Program-made: the position numbers and the translations under genes | Source: an uncultured Bacilli bacterium | Lineage (GTDB): Bacteria; Bacillota_I; Bacilli_A; RF39; UBA660 | Length of the DNA: 59,492 nucleotides | Assembly: GCA_944363605.1 (NCBI GenBank) | Contig: CALVUM010000003.1 | Span: forward strand, 1-59,492 | Reading direction: 5' to 3' | Notes under the pieces: model-generated | Told to the model about the DNA's origin: nothing | Databases searched by the model: none | Seen by the model: the letters and a program-made list of their open reading frames with translations, nothing else | Shown here: positions 59,259 to 59,492 of the stretch, in pieces | Position numbering within the stretch: position 1 is the stretch's first letter | How the letters are laid out: each line of letters starts with the position of its first letter

Positions 59259-59474
59259 ATGTTAAGAGGAACTGTAAAATGGTTCAACAATACGAAAGGG
59301 TACGGATTTATCGAATATGGTGATTTAGAAGATATTTTTGTACATTATTCAGCAATAAGAAAAGACGGGTATAAGACATTAAAAGAAGGAAATATTGTTG
59401 ATTTTAAATTGATTGAAACTGCAAAAGGACTACAAGCTATCGATGTTGAAGAAGTATTATATACGGTTAATTAA
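59259..59474 (+). CDS. cspA: cold-shock protein CspA family
   Basis: [15 protein letters not shown] (RNP1) and VFVHYSAI (RNP2); preceded by about 290 nt of untranslated leader. Confidence 0.93.
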   Translation: MLRGTVKWFNNTKGYGFIEYGDLEDIFVHYSAIRKDGYKTLKEGNIVDFKLIETAKGLQAIDVEEVLYTVN

Positions 59475-59492
59475 CACATAAGCTACTAAAAC

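Overview
This is a very AT-rich Firmicute chromosomal origin region from a spore-former. The sporulation genes spoVG, yabP, yabQ, yabG, spoVT, bofA, spoIIR, spoIID and a spoIIQ-like gene are present. All gene calls rest on motifs and B. subtilis gene order recalled from memory; no searches were run.

Gene content:
- Minus strand, high to low coordinates: dnaA-dnaN-comK-recF-gyrB-gyrA, a 1.15 kb ORF-free spacer, a small SRP RNA, then tadA-dnaX-ybaB-recR, HD protein, bofA-holB-yaaT, a methyltransferase, pth-mfd-spoVT, a T-box leader, metG-tatD-ksgA-yabG-veg-spoVG-yabP-yabQ-divIC, two degenerate ABC ATPases, and truA.
- Plus strand: rpmH-rnpA-yidC-jag-mnmE-mnmG-rsmG, a three-gene insert (WYL regulator, SIS protein, Ham1-like protein), one ParB/Noc-family gene, then argS, rpoE, prfA, prmC, spoIIR, mntP, murA, rpmE, rpiB, spoIID and an agr-like quorum-sensing locus.
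- DnaA boxes flank dnaA on both sides, which fits a bipartite oriC.

Main signal: an unusual origin-organising set-up.
- Seven perfect parS palindromes (TGTTTCACGTGAAACA) are packed into the 1.1 kb non-coding spacer next to gyrA.
- Six copies of the Noc-binding-site palindrome (TATTTCCCGGGAAATA) are spread over 24 kb. Three lie inside coding sequences in different reading frames.
- Only one ParB-family gene sits at the canonical noc-soj-spo0J position. It has Noc-type DNA-recognition residues and a Noc-type C-terminus. It lacks the N-terminal membrane/ParA-interaction peptide, carries a long acidic insert, and has no ParA/Soj or second ParB next to it.

Secondary items:
- an uncharacterised WYL-SIS-Ham1 cassette inserted between rsmG and noc
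- an unannotated 37-aa AgrD-like propeptide
- a JAMM/MPN protein abutting murA
- comK between dnaN and recF

No transposases, integrases, CRISPR arrays, rRNA or tRNA genes were seen.
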